Shown in pieces: positions 47,201 through 57,901 of a stretch of DNA of 64,000 nt. Within the stretch, counting starts at the first letter, position 1; every line of letters begins with the position of its first letter. Made by a program: the position numbers and the translations under genes. The notes beneath the pieces were generated by a model, which was not told where the DNA came from, made no database searches, and saw only the letters and a program-made list of their open reading frames with translations. Source of the DNA: Longimicrobiales bacterium (GTDB taxonomy: Bacteria > Gemmatimonadota > Gemmatimonadetes > Longimicrobiales > Gaopeijiaceae); contig OZ242008.1 in NCBI GenBank assembly GCA_965204735.1, forward strand, positions 1,920,001-1,984,000, read 5' to 3'.

Positions 47201-49825
47201 ATGTCTGGGCAAGGCGAGGTGGACGGCGTGGAACGAGGCGGGAGCGCGGCGCCGGGCGGCCGCTGGCGAGCTGCGTCGCTCGTGGGCCGGGCTGCGCTTC
47301 TGGCCGGCGCGGCGGGCGCAGTCGCGTGCGGCGACGAAGCGCCGCCGGTTCCGGCCGAGGTCGTGGTGACGCCCGCATCCGCCACCGCCGAGACCGTCGG
47401 CGCGACGGTGCAGTACGCGGCTCGCGTCGTGGACGCGGAGGGGGCCGCCATTCCGGGGGCGCCGGTGACGTGGTCTTCGGGCAATCGAGAGGTGGGGACC
47501 GTGTCCGCCACCGGGCTGGCGACGGTCGTCGGCCAGGGCACGGCGGTCATCCGAGCCGTTCACGAGACGGTCTCCGGCACGGCGTCGCTGGTCGTGCAGC
47601 TGCGTCCGGCCAGCATGGCCAAGGTGGCGGGCGACTCGCTGACCGCGCCGGCTGCGTCGGTCCTGCCGGAGCAGCCCACTGTGCGGGTCGCCGACGCCGG
47701 GGGCGCACCGGTTCCGGGCGTCGCCGTGCGGTTCGAGGTGGTCTCGGGCGGCGGCCGGATCACGCCCCGCAGCGCACTCACCGACAGCGACGGCGAGGCG
47801 TCCACGCGCTGGACGTTGGGACACTTCCAGGGCGTCCAGGTCTTGCGGGCCACGTCGGACGAGTTCCAGGCCGACTTCGTCGCCACCGCGACGGAAGTGC
47901 TGCTGGTGGTGGGCACCGCGCGCTTGGAGCGGGCCCGCCTTTCCTTGGACTATTGGGCAACGCTGGAAGCCATAGGAGGAACGAGTCCCTATGCTTGGTC
48001 GCTGGCGGACGGTGGGCTGCCCGCGGGCTTGGCGCTGGGCGAAGACGGCACGATCTCGGGAACCCCGGAGGGGCTGGGCAGCAGCACGTTCTCGGTGTTG
48101 GTCCGGGACGCCTCGGGGCTTGAGGCCAGGAAGGACTTGGCCATGGTGGTTTGCGAGGCCCCGCTGGCCCTGGAACCCGGAGGCGTGCATGCGACAAGCC
48201 CGGTGGCGGCGGCCTCCGATTGCCCGCCCTTCATCCCGGCCGGCGGCGCCGGCGACCTGTATCGAGTCGGCTTGGTGCGAACCGGCTTCTCCCAAGACCT
48301 GACCTTTGCCGACGTCGCCTTGAGGGTCGTGGAAATCGCCGGACGGCCGACGCCCGGCGCCCATGACGAGTCGGCGCAGTCGGCCACCTCCGGCGCCACC
48401 CTCCTCCCTCTCCCCCGCCCCGCCCCGCAGCTCCTCCCGTCGCTGGAAGAGGCGGCCCGGCGCGCCGACGCCACGGCCCGACTCCACGCCCGTCTGCACG
48501 AGGACGCCGCGCGCCTGCTTTCGCGCTTCGGCTCCGACGCCGTCCTTCCCGACCTTCGCCGGGCGGACCCGGCCCGCCACGACGCCGCGGCGCAGCTGCG
48601 ACCCCCGCCGGAGCGCCTCGTCTTCCTTCCCTACGACGCGGACCGGAACGACAGGTGCTCGCCCCCTGCTCCCACTTCAGCCGCTGCGCTCCTGGTCGGC
48701 TACAACGCCCACCTGGCCGTCTACCAGGACTCGGCGCAACGGGCCGAAGAGCCCATCGCAGAAGCGGACGTGGGTCAGGTGCTCGACTACTACGACGCCT
48801 ACGGCGCAGGCACGATCGACGACTACTTCGGCGGCGTCCAGGACATCAACGGCGACGGCAGGGTCGTCGTCTTCGTCTCGCCGGTGGTGGGCGACGAAAA
48901 CGCCGCGTTCGTATGGCTGGGCGACTTCCTGGAAGCCACGGAATGCGCGTCGTCCAACGAGATGGAGCTGGTGTACTTCAACGCCGACCAGTTCCACGCC
49001 GTCGGCGCAGCGCCCGACAACGGCCACTACCAAGCGATGCCGACGATGGTCCACGAGGTCAAGCACGTGGTCTCCCTCTACCACAGGCTGCGCGCCCGCT
49101 CCTTCCATCCCACTTGGATCGAGGAGGGCACGGCGGAGATCGCCGCCGAAGTCTCGTCGCGACGAGCGATGGCTGCGACGGGCGGCGTGCCCGTGGGCGC
49201 CGTGCTGACCCGCGACGCCTACCCGCCGCGCAGCGGCTCCGTCATCACCCCCGAAAACTTCGGGGTGCTCCTGCGCTTGGCCAGGACCGTCAGGTCGTAC
49301 ACGCAGGAGTACAACTCCCTGACCACCAACCCCACCGACGACCACAGCTACTACGGCACGTCGTGGCACTTCCACAGGTTCCTGGGAGACGCCTACGGCG
49401 GCGCCGCCGACTTGGCGGAGGGCGTCTTCTTCGCGTCGCTCAACGACTCCCTGGCGTCCGCCGGCGCCGGCGGCATCAACTCTGCCACCAACAGCGCCAT
49501 GCCCGCGCTGATCACGGAGTACGCGACCGCGATGATGCTCAACGGAACGACGGCGCCCCAGCCGGTCCGCTCGTTCGCGACCTACGACTTCCCTTCCGCC
49601 ACCTCCGACCTCTTCCGGCCACCGGGTCAGCCCGCCGGCCGCTACCCGTGGCCCGTCCTCGGCCCCACGCCCGCGCCTTTCGAGAGCAGCAGCTACCGCG
49701 CCGGGCTGGCTCCCGCCGGCATCCGCATCCACGAGTTCGAGTCCGACGGTCGGGGCAACGGCATCGAGGTGGAGGTGCGTGCGACGGGAGGCGTCGTCCG
49801 GGTGGTCGTGGCGCGGGTGCGGTAG
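47201..49825 (+). CDS. Lipoprotein with Ig-like domains and a C-terminal HExxH zinc metallopeptidase
   Basis: AVAC lipobox; VTWSS Big_2-like and GGTSPYAW..LPAGL He_PIG-like repeats; HEVKH..EEGTAE. Confidence 0.75.
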   Translation: MSGQGEVDGVERGGSAAPGGRWRAASLVGRAALLAGAAGAVACGDEAPPVPAEVVVTPASATAETVGATVQYAARVVDAEGAAIPGAPVTWSSGNREVGTVSATGLATVVGQGTAVIRAVHETVSGTASLVVQLRPASMAKVAGDSLTAPAASVLPEQPTVRVADAGGAPVPGVAVRFEVVSGGGRITPRSALTDSDGEASTRWTLGHFQGVQVLRATSDEFQADFVATATEVLLVVGTARLERARLSLDYWATLEAIGGTSPYAWSLADGGLPAGLALGEDGTISGTPEGLGSSTFSVLVRDASGLEARKDLAMVVCEAPLALEPGGVHATSPVAAASDCPPFIPAGGAGDLYRVGLVRTGFSQDLTFADVALRVVEIAGRPTPGAHDESAQSATSGATLLPLPRPAPQLLPSLEEAARRADATARLHARLHEDAARLLSRFGSDAVLPDLRRADPARHDAAAQLRPPPERLVFLPYDADRNDRCSPPAPTSAAALLVGYNAHLAVYQDSAQRAEEPIAEADVGQVLDYYDAYGAGTIDDYFGGVQDINGDGRVVVFVSPVVGDENAAFVWLGDFLEATECASSNEMELVYFNADQFHAVGAAPDNGHYQAMPTMVHEVKHVVSLYHRLRARSFHPTWIEEGTAEIAAEVSSRRAMAATGGVPVGAVLTRDAYPPRSGSVITPENFGVLLRLARTVRSYTQEYNSLTTNPTDDHSYYGTSWHFHRFLGDAYGGAADLAEGVFFASLNDSLASAGAGGINSATNSAMPALITEYATAMMLNGTTAPQPVRSFATYDFPSATSDLFRPPGQPAGRYPWPVLGPTPAPFESSSYRAGLAPAGIRIHEFESDGRGNGIEVEVRATGGVVRVVVARVR

Positions 49826-49842
49826 GGGGCGTCGCCCGCCGG

Positions 49843-49938
49843 CCGCTGGATGTCGGGCAGCCCAATGAGGCCGGACTCGATGTCACGGATCAAGGATCAC
49901 AGCTCGGCGGTGGTGGTCCTGAACACTGTGTCGCTCAT
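49843..49938 (-). pseudogene. DUF262 (GmrS/ParB-like) N-terminal remnant
   Basis: MSDTVFRTTTAEL*SLIRDIESGLIGLPDIQRP; in-frame TGA at 49897-49899; truncated before the usual FVW. Confidence 0.6.
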
Positions 49939-49999
49939 CACGGTCTTCCTGCAACGCGTGCATCCACGAGGTCGAGTCAGAGCGCCGTAGCGGAGAAGC

Positions 50000-50215
50000 T
50001 CACGGCATTTCCTCAAAGTGCATTTCTGCTATGGTGCGAGTCTCTCCGTCTACTCGTCCTACTATGGCCCTACATATCTTCCCCTTGCGTGCCGAACACG
50101 ATCGCCGCTGGTCCGTGCATCCGGGCGAGATGCTGGTCCGGATCGCATAGCCGGAGCCCGCCAAGAACATCGTTGCCAGCAGTAGCGCAACCATCAGCCT
50201 GACTCCACGCATCAC
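50000..50215 (-). CDS. Small secreted 3-Cys peptide, copy 2
   Basis: Signal peptide MRGVRLMVALLLATMFLAGSGYA; mature IRTSISPGCTDQRRSCSARKGKICRA..EMHFEEMP; paralogue of 50862..51083. Confidence 0.75.
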   Translation of the reverse strand: MMRGVRLMVALLLATMFLAGSGYAIRTSISPGCTDQRRSCSARKGKICRAIVGRVDGETRTIAEMHFEEMP

Positions 50216-50865
50216 GATGAACTCTCCCCTGGTACGGGTGCCGCTCCCCCCAGGCGGGCAAGCAGACGGCGGGCCTCCGCATCTCGATCCTCCCACAAGT
50301 AATGCGGAACGTAATCTACAAAGCGAATCCGGCCTGCGCCGTCCACGCCGATCACCGCGGGAGTTCCCGTGACCTCCGCGACGGAACTGACGGTTCGCCA
50401 ACGGATGGTCGTATGCGGAATGTCGGAAAAGACCTCGTCAGCCCTTCTCATTACTATCGCCGGCATCTGCGGCGGTGGAGTGTCGGTCAGTCCGGGGACA
50501 GGGGCTGGACCGTCGGTCACCACCAGTCCGAGGACAGAGACTCCGCCGCGCTGAACTCGCCGGGCAACGTCCACGACAGCTCTCATGGTCTGGTTACACT
50601 CCATCGCAAAGAAGACCACGATCAAGCCGCCGCCTCCTTCGCTTACCTCCTGCACATGGCCCTGGAGCTTGGCAGCTTCCCTCCCGTCGATCCAGTAGCT
50701 CAGCGTGAACAGCGCACAGGCAACAGTCAACGCACCGGCGTACCAGCAAGACTTCGTTCGACTCCAGATCAACGACGCCGTCGCGGCTGCCATCTCGATT
50801 CCGCGCCTCACAACTCCAATGCCCTTGGCGCGGGTGCGACAGGGCGTTGAAGCGGAGAAGCTCAC
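50212..50865 (-). CDS. Membrane-anchored thioredoxin-fold-like protein B
   Basis: TM helix; FFAMECNQT; GTPAVIGVD (cis-Pro-like); paralogue of 52141..52695. Confidence 0.65.
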   Translation of the reverse strand: MSFSASTPCRTRAKGIGVVRRGIEMAAATASLIWSRTKSCWYAGALTVACALFTLSYWIDGREAAKLQGHVQEVSEGGGGLIVVFFAMECNQTMRAVVDVARRVQRGGVSVLGLVVTDGPAPVPGLTDTPPPQMPAIVMRRADEVFSDIPHTTIRWRTVSSVAEVTGTPAVIGVDGAGRIRFVDYVPHYLWEDRDAEARRLLARLGGAAPVPGESSS

Positions 50866-51083
50866 GGCATCTCCTCATAGTGCATTTCCGCTATGGTGCG
50901 ATACTCTCCTGCGTCCTTGTCGTATCGTGATACGGCCCGACACATGTTCCCCTTGCGTGCCGAACACGACCGCCGCTGGTCCGCGCATCCGGGCGAGATG
51001 CTGGTCTGAATGGCATAGCCGGAGACCGCCAAGAACGCCGTTGCCAGCAGTAGCGCAGCCATCAGCCTGGCTCTCCGCATCAC
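50862..51083 (-). CDS. Small secreted 3-Cys peptide, copy 1
   Basis: Signal peptide MRRARLMAALLLATAFLAVSGYA; mature IQTSISPGCADQRRSCSARKGNMCRA..EMHYEEMP. Confidence 0.75.
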   Translation of the reverse strand: MMRRARLMAALLLATAFLAVSGYAIQTSISPGCADQRRSCSARKGNMCRAVSRYDKDAGEYRTIAEMHYEEMP

Positions 51084-52144
51084 GGTGGAACGAGCCGCGG
51101 CACGAGTGCGCTGACGGTCGGAAGCAAGCCTTCGACATCAACGACGAAAACGGTGTCCCCTGCCATAGCAAACGATGCTGTTCTCCCAGGCAACGAACGG
51201 CTCTCCACGTAGACGCCGCTCGGCAGCGAGTACAAGTCCAGTACTCGTGGTCCGTCGGACGCGCTGGCCAGCACGAACAACGTGTCCCCCAGCGTGTCTG
51301 CATCGTGCGCGGCGTTCCGGCGAGTCGGGTCGACAAACCTGATGCTCTTCGTCCCGGCGGATTCCCGCACCGCTACTTCGTGAAAGTCCGTGTGCTCCAC
51401 GTAAGGATGCGGCCTCACGGAATCGCCAGTCGCCACAAAGAAGCCGTTGCCGGTCTTGAATCCGAGGCCCCACAGATCGCCGCGGCCTGCAAACAAGGCC
51501 ATGTCCAACTGAATCCACTCGAAGTTCTTGAACCCGGACCACTCGGGCGTAACGGGTGTTCGGTTCTCGCCGTCTCGAGAGACGTGCAGCAGGTTGATCC
51601 CGTCCATGCCGAAAGTTGACGCTACGTATCCGCTTCCGTCCGAGAGAGCGACCATGTCCTCCGTCGTCAACACGTTGCCCGCGAACGGCTGCTCGCGCAA
51701 CAGAACGCCATCGGACGACAGCCAAACCATCCGGCGATTGCCGGAGTCCACGAGGACCGGCCCGTTGGTGTTCACGTCCACGGCCATCGCACGGGCGTTA
51801 CCAAGCTCCTCGGGCCCTTGCCCCGACTTGCCCCACGACCACGCAAGGCGACCTGCCGCGATCCGCAGTACTCGGTCCGCACCGAGGTCCAGAAGGTACA
51901 CGCCCCCGTCCGGCGCGACTGCCATTCTCGCAGGCGTGTCCAGCAAAGTGTCCCCAGCACCTCCGAAGCTCCAAGCGGTGTCGTAGGCGACGGCATGCAC
52001 GATGCGGGCGCCTTGGCCTTCCGTGAACAGCGGTGTCGCTTCGCCTGCCGGGGCGACTCGCTCAGCGGAAGTACGTTCCTCCTCGTGGCCGCCGCCGCAT
52101 CCGACAACCAATGCGGCGACGACGGCAAGCCCGCATCGCGTCAC
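51080..52144 (-). CDS. Six-bladed beta-propeller (NHL/TolB-like) lipoprotein
   Basis: LVVGC lipobox; GQGPEEL, VYLLD, VDSGNRR. Confidence 0.78.
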   Translation of the reverse strand: MTRCGLAVVAALVVGCGGGHEEERTSAERVAPAGEATPLFTEGQGARIVHAVAYDTAWSFGGAGDTLLDTPARMAVAPDGGVYLLDLGADRVLRIAAGRLAWSWGKSGQGPEELGNARAMAVDVNTNGPVLVDSGNRRMVWLSSDGVLLREQPFAGNVLTTEDMVALSDGSGYVASTFGMDGINLLHVSRDGENRTPVTPEWSGFKNFEWIQLDMALFAGRGDLWGLGFKTGNGFFVATGDSVRPHPYVEHTDFHEVAVRESAGTKSIRFVDPTRRNAAHDADTLGDTLFVLASASDGPRVLDLYSLPSGVYVESRSLPGRTASFAMAGDTVFVVDVEGLLPTVSALVPRLVPP

Positions 52145-52695
52145 CCTGAGCCTCCCAGCCGTGTGACCAAGCGATGAGCCTCCGCCTCGGCGTCACCCTC
52201 CAGGAGCTGCGAAAGATGGTCGACAAAGAGAATTCGGCCCATGCTGTTCACGCCGATCAGGGCCGGGGTTCCCGCGACCTCGGCAACGGCGCGGACGGTT
52301 CGCCACCGAACGGTCTGTTGAGGGATGTGGGGAAAGCTACTTGCAGCAACCTCCAGCACCGTCGACAACGTGCTTGGCGCCAATCCGTCGGTGATCACCA
52401 AGCCGCGGACGGAAATGTCGGCGGCCTGGACTCGCCGGGCGATGTCGTCGATGGCGGTCATGGTCTGACTGCACTCCAGCGCGAAAGAAACGACCAGCAG
52501 ACCGCCACCGAGATGAGCCAGATCTTGCAGGAGGCCCTGGAACTCGGACGCCTCCTTCTGGTTGGTCCCGTGGCTCAGGGTGAACAAGGCGCAGGCGATG
52601 GTCAGAGCACCGGCGTACCAGTGACGCTTGGCCTGGGTCCATGCCACGAGCGTCGCCCGCGACATCCCGGCAACCCACCTAGCTGTGTCGGTCAT
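52141..52695 (-). CDS. Membrane-anchored thioredoxin-fold-like protein A
   Basis: TM helix; SFALECSQT; GTPALIGVN. Confidence 0.65.
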   Translation of the reverse strand: MTDTARWVAGMSRATLVAWTQAKRHWYAGALTIACALFTLSHGTNQKEASEFQGLLQDLAHLGGGLLVVSFALECSQTMTAIDDIARRVQAADISVRGLVITDGLAPSTLSTVLEVAASSFPHIPQQTVRWRTVRAVAEVAGTPALIGVNSMGRILFVDHLSQLLEGDAEAEAHRLVTRLGGSG

Positions 52696-52793
52696 GGCAA
52701 TCCCCTGGTCGATTCAGCAGATCGGCGTTGGAATCATTCCAAGGTGCGCGCGCGGGATCGCGAAGCGCAAGGGCTCTCCCGGCAACGAGCTGA

Positions 52794-53807
52794 TCAAGAC
52801 CAGGGCGCCGCCTTGGCGCGTGTTCCGGACCCGACCAGCTCGGTCAGCAGCGCCGGGGCAAGGTTGCCGCCCGAGACGACCACGGCCGCACGGCCCCGGG
52901 GCTCGTGGCCCGACCAGAGCGCGGCCAACGCCACTGCCCCGCCCCCCTCGACCACCAGACGGCGCTCCCGGAACGCCCGGGCCACGGCCCTCCGGACCAC
53001 GTCCTCCGAGACCACGACGTGCTCGTCCACCACCTCCCGGACGATCTCGAAGGAGTAGCGGTTCTCCATGCCGATGCCGCCGGAGAGCGCCGATGCGATC
53101 GTCTTCTCCTCCGCCATCTGGACAGGCCGGCCCTCCAGCAGGCTGCGGTGCATGACGGATGCGCGCTCGGCGGAGACGGCCACCACCCGGACGCCGCGCT
53201 CCTTGACGGCCAAGCCGACGCCGGCCACGAGCCCGCCGCCGGAGAGGGGCACGACCACTTCCTCCAGGCCCGCAAGCTGGTCCAGAAGCTCGACCCCCAC
53301 GGTCCCCTGCCCCTCGATGACGTCCAGGTCGTCGAACGGGTGCACCGGAGCCAGTCCTTCGTCGTCCGCGAGCGCGACGGCACGGGCTTCGGCGTCGTCG
53401 TAGGTGGGGCCGGCCAGGACGACGCGCGCCCGTGCGGCGCGGATGGCGCGCAACTTGAGCGGGTCCACCCAGTCGGGCACGCACACCGTCGCCTGGACGC
53501 CCAGCAGCCGACTCGCCTCTGCCACCGCCCGGGCGTGGTTGCCCGACGAAGCGGCGACGACGCCCCGAGCCCGCTCCTCCGGCGAGAGCTTGGCCAGGCG
53601 GTTGGCCGCGCCCCGCATCTTGAAGGAGCCGGTGCGCTGGAGCGACTCCAGCTTGAGGAACACGGAGCCGGGAGGCGCGCCTGCTACGCGGTCGGCGTCG
53701 GCGCCGTTGAGCGGAATCGCCGGGGTCGGCCACGCCAGCGGCCGCACGCGACGGCAGGCGCCCCGGAAGTCGAGGGGCCGGCGGGACGCCCCGGACCCGG
53801 CGATCAG
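52794..53807 (-). CDS. Threonine/serine dehydratase family PLP enzyme
   Basis: FLKLESLQRTGSFKMRG, SSGNH, HPFD, SGGGL, SGGN; start approximate. Confidence 0.88.
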   Translation of the reverse strand: MIAGSGASRRPLDFRGACRRVRPLAWPTPAIPLNGADADRVAGAPPGSVFLKLESLQRTGSFKMRGAANRLAKLSPEERARGVVAASSGNHARAVAEASRLLGVQATVCVPDWVDPLKLRAIRAARARVVLAGPTYDDAEARAVALADDEGLAPVHPFDDLDVIEGQGTVGVELLDQLAGLEEVVVPLSGGGLVAGVGLAVKERGVRVVAVSAERASVMHRSLLEGRPVQMAEEKTIASALSGGIGMENRYSFEIVREVVDEHVVVSEDVVRRAVARAFRERRLVVEGGGAVALAALWSGHEPRGRAAVVVSGGNLAPALLTELVGSGTRAKAAPWS

Positions 53808-55702
53808 GAAATGATCCGCTGGCCCTCGACCAGCTTCACGATCCACAGGCCCGAGTTCAGGTCCGACGTGAAGACGTTCCCCTTGTGGACCTGGGCGCCC
53901 CACGTCATGCCCCAGTTGGGGACGGTGGATTCGGCGTCGGTGGTCTTGAGGACGGCGACCTCCCTGCCCTGGCGGTAGAGGTCGCCCCGCAGCTCGCCGG
54001 AGATGTCCACGACCCGCAGTCCGGCCTGGTAGTAGCCCACGTACAACCGGTCGCCCTCTACCCAGATGTTGTGGGCGCCGGCCTCGGGCACTTCGTAGCG
54101 CGCCACCTCCACCGGGTTCTCCGGGTCCTCCATGTCGAGGACGTGGACGTAGCCCCGGGCCTCGATGGGGGCGTCGGCGTCCCACTGCTGGGGGAAGATC
54201 TCGTCGCCCACGAAGAGGTAGCGCCCGGCCCGCCAGGCGGTGTGCGTGTTGCCCGCCGGGTACTTGTAGCGGGACACGAAGGCCGGCTCGGTGGGGGTGC
54301 CGCCGTGAGTGCCGGCGCCCACGTCCAGCATGACGGCCCCGTCGTCCCAGTACGACAGGTAGGCGTAGCCGTCCTGAACGATCACGTCGTGGAGGGACTT
54401 GGAGGGAGAGTCGGGCAAGCCCCAGCGCCCCACTTCGTCGGGGGCCGCGGGATCGGAGACGTCGATGATGTGGATGTCGCTCGTCCCGTTGTGGACGGCG
54501 TACACCAGGTCGCCCTCGATCCAGACGTTGTGGACGCCCCCGGGGACGGTGCGCTTGTACTCGGAGACGATCGAGGGGCGGGCCGGCTCCGAGAGGTCGA
54601 GGACGACGATCCCGTTGCGGCGGTCCGAAGCCCCTTCCCGCGTGAGGACGCCGATGCGGGCGCCGTCCTGAATCTTCACGTCGTTGATCCGGCGGGCGTC
54701 GAGCTGCACCGAGTCGGTGAGGACGGGGGACGACGGGTCGGTCACGTCCCAAGCCTTCATCCAATCGTGCATGAAGGTTCCCACGTAGGCGTAGTCGCGC
54801 CCGTCGGCGCCCTCGAAGACCCAGGTGTCGCCGGAGTGGTGGTCGGCGGCGGCGCCCCGGCCGACCTTCACCAGCTCGGCTTCGTCGATGCGCGCCGCCA
54901 CCCGCACGAACGCGCTGACGGCCCGGTCCTCGCCCACCAGCGCCGTGACCCGGTAGGCGCCCGGCTCCTCGGCGACGAAGACGCCTTCGGCGCCGTCGGC
55001 CTCGATCTGCGCGCCGACGCCGTCCACGCTCCACGCCGGGTAGAGGGTCGGCGCCCCGGACGCCCGCGCCTGCAAGCGCACCACGTCGCCGGTGCGGACC
55101 TGGGCGTCGTCGGGCGAGACCGCCACCGCGCCCACCGCGCCGTCGCGCACCTGCACCGGCACCACGGCCCGGGCCCGCCCCGCGACCACGGCGACCTCGG
55201 CCCGGCCCGGCGCCCGCGCGTGCACCCGCCCGGCCGCGTCCACGCCCGCCACACGGTCGTCGCTGGAGGCGAACGTCGGGGCGGCGCCGTCCACCACCTC
55301 GCCGGCCGCGTCCATCGCCACGACCCGAATCGGCGCGCTCGTCCCCGCCAGCAGCGCGTCCACCGGCAGCGAGGCCTCGATCCGGGCCACGGGGAGGGCC
55401 TCCACCACGACGACGGCGAACGCCATCACGTTCCCTGCCCGGACGCCGACCCGGGCCTCGCCGGGCGAGACGCCCGTGACCTGCCCCGCCTGGTCCACGC
55501 CGGCGACCTCGGGCTCGGGCGCGAACCACGTCAATGCCGCGCCGTCGATGGCGGAGCCGTCGGCCGCGATCGCCGTGGCCGCCAGGGAGGCGGTCCCTCC
55601 GACCTGCAGAGCGACCCGCCCCGGCGCGACGTCGATGCGGGCGGGCGCCGCCTGCGGGAGCTGGAGCGCGGCTGCGAGGAGGAAGGCGGTGGAAGCGGTC
55701 AT
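53804..55702 (-). CDS. Secreted protein with Ig-like (Big_2) repeats and LVIVD-repeat propeller
   Basis: Signal peptide; TFASSD..VAGVD repeats; IVVLD, IHIID, LRVVD repeats. Confidence 0.8.
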   Translation of the reverse strand: MTASTAFLLAAALQLPQAAPARIDVAPGRVALQVGGTASLAATAIAADGSAIDGAALTWFAPEPEVAGVDQAGQVTGVSPGEARVGVRAGNVMAFAVVVVEALPVARIEASLPVDALLAGTSAPIRVVAMDAAGEVVDGAAPTFASSDDRVAGVDAAGRVHARAPGRAEVAVVAGRARAVVPVQVRDGAVGAVAVSPDDAQVRTGDVVRLQARASGAPTLYPAWSVDGVGAQIEADGAEGVFVAEEPGAYRVTALVGEDRAVSAFVRVAARIDEAELVKVGRGAAADHHSGDTWVFEGADGRDYAYVGTFMHDWMKAWDVTDPSSPVLTDSVQLDARRINDVKIQDGARIGVLTREGASDRRNGIVVLDLSEPARPSIVSEYKRTVPGGVHNVWIEGDLVYAVHNGTSDIHIIDVSDPAAPDEVGRWGLPDSPSKSLHDVIVQDGYAYLSYWDDGAVMLDVGAGTHGGTPTEPAFVSRYKYPAGNTHTAWRAGRYLFVGDEIFPQQWDADAPIEARGYVHVLDMEDPENPVEVARYEVPEAGAHNIWVEGDRLYVGYYQAGLRVVDISGELRGDLYRQGREVAVLKTTDAESTVPNWGMTWGAQVHKGNVFTSDLNSGLWIVKLVEGQRIIS

Positions 55703-55781
55703 CTGGCCGGACCTCTCTGGTGCGGAGTGCTGTGCGTGGCGTGGCGAATCGTCGCGCCCGTGTCGCGCCGGTCGCCTGGAC

Positions 55782-56432
55782 CTAAACCGACTTCAGCTGC
55801 GGGCGCTTCTCCAGTTCCGGGAAGCGATAGACGACGACGCCCGAGCCCGGCGCGTTGTCCACGTCCACGTAGCCCTTGTGGGACATCTCGGTCAACGTGC
55901 TCTCGACCTCGTCGAACCCCTTGCCCGTGGCCATGACTCCCTGGGTGACGGTGAGCTCGCCCCCGTTCTGGAGCGCGGCGTGGAGAAGCTGCTGCTGAAG
56001 GTCCATCGGCGGCAGCCCCTTGGCGTCCGGCTTTCCCGGCTTGAGGTGGACGTCGGAGAGCCGAGCCGCTTGACGGGGATGCGGGATGCGCCCGTCCCGG
56101 ATGTTGGCGTTCTTCACCAGGGACTTCATCCGGAAGAGATCGACGACCTGTCCGATCCCCAGGAGTCCGAAGGTCACCAGATAGAGGACTCCGGTGCCGA
56201 TCTTGCCCATGTAGAAGCGGTGAATCCCGCAGGCGCCCGCAAGGCCGGCGCACCAGAGGCCGTACGACAGGCCGGTGGAGTACGGGGCTTGGTCCGGGTC
56301 CGCCGCTACGCCCCGGTTCGCCAAGCCGCCGGACCCGGGCACTGCGCCGGACGGCAAGTTCACCGTCACGTTCACCGGCGCCACGGGGACGGCTCCGTGT
56401 CCCGAACCGCGCCCCTCGCTTCGCTCGCTCAT
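55782..56432 (-). CDS. TM2/NINE domain membrane protein with C-terminal winged-helix-like domain
   Basis: GIHRFYMGKIGTGVLYLVTFGLLGIG. Confidence 0.8.
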   Translation of the reverse strand: MSERSEGRGSGHGAVPVAPVNVTVNLPSGAVPGSGGLANRGVAADPDQAPYSTGLSYGLWCAGLAGACGIHRFYMGKIGTGVLYLVTFGLLGIGQVVDLFRMKSLVKNANIRDGRIPHPRQAARLSDVHLKPGKPDAKGLPPMDLQQQLLHAALQNGGELTVTQGVMATGKGFDEVESTLTEMSHKGYVDVDNAPGSGVVVYRFPELEKRPQLKSV

Positions 56433-56573
56433 CCGTCGTCCCTTCCTGTGCCCGGTGAATTCGACTACCAATCTGGCCACGCCTTCCCAGTACGGGCAAG
56501 ACCGCAGACCGCTTCTCGGGCCCCCATGGACGGGTTGAACTCGAACTCTCGACCGACGACCTTACCGAACAAG

Positions 56574-57897
<1,324 letters not shown>

Positions 57898-57901
<4 letters not shown>

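Noticed and set aside
50000..51083. Peptides as classical RiPP precursors (lanthi-, sacti-, thiopeptide)
   Set aside because: They have Sec-type signal peptides, and no modifying enzyme or peptidase-ABC transporter is nearby
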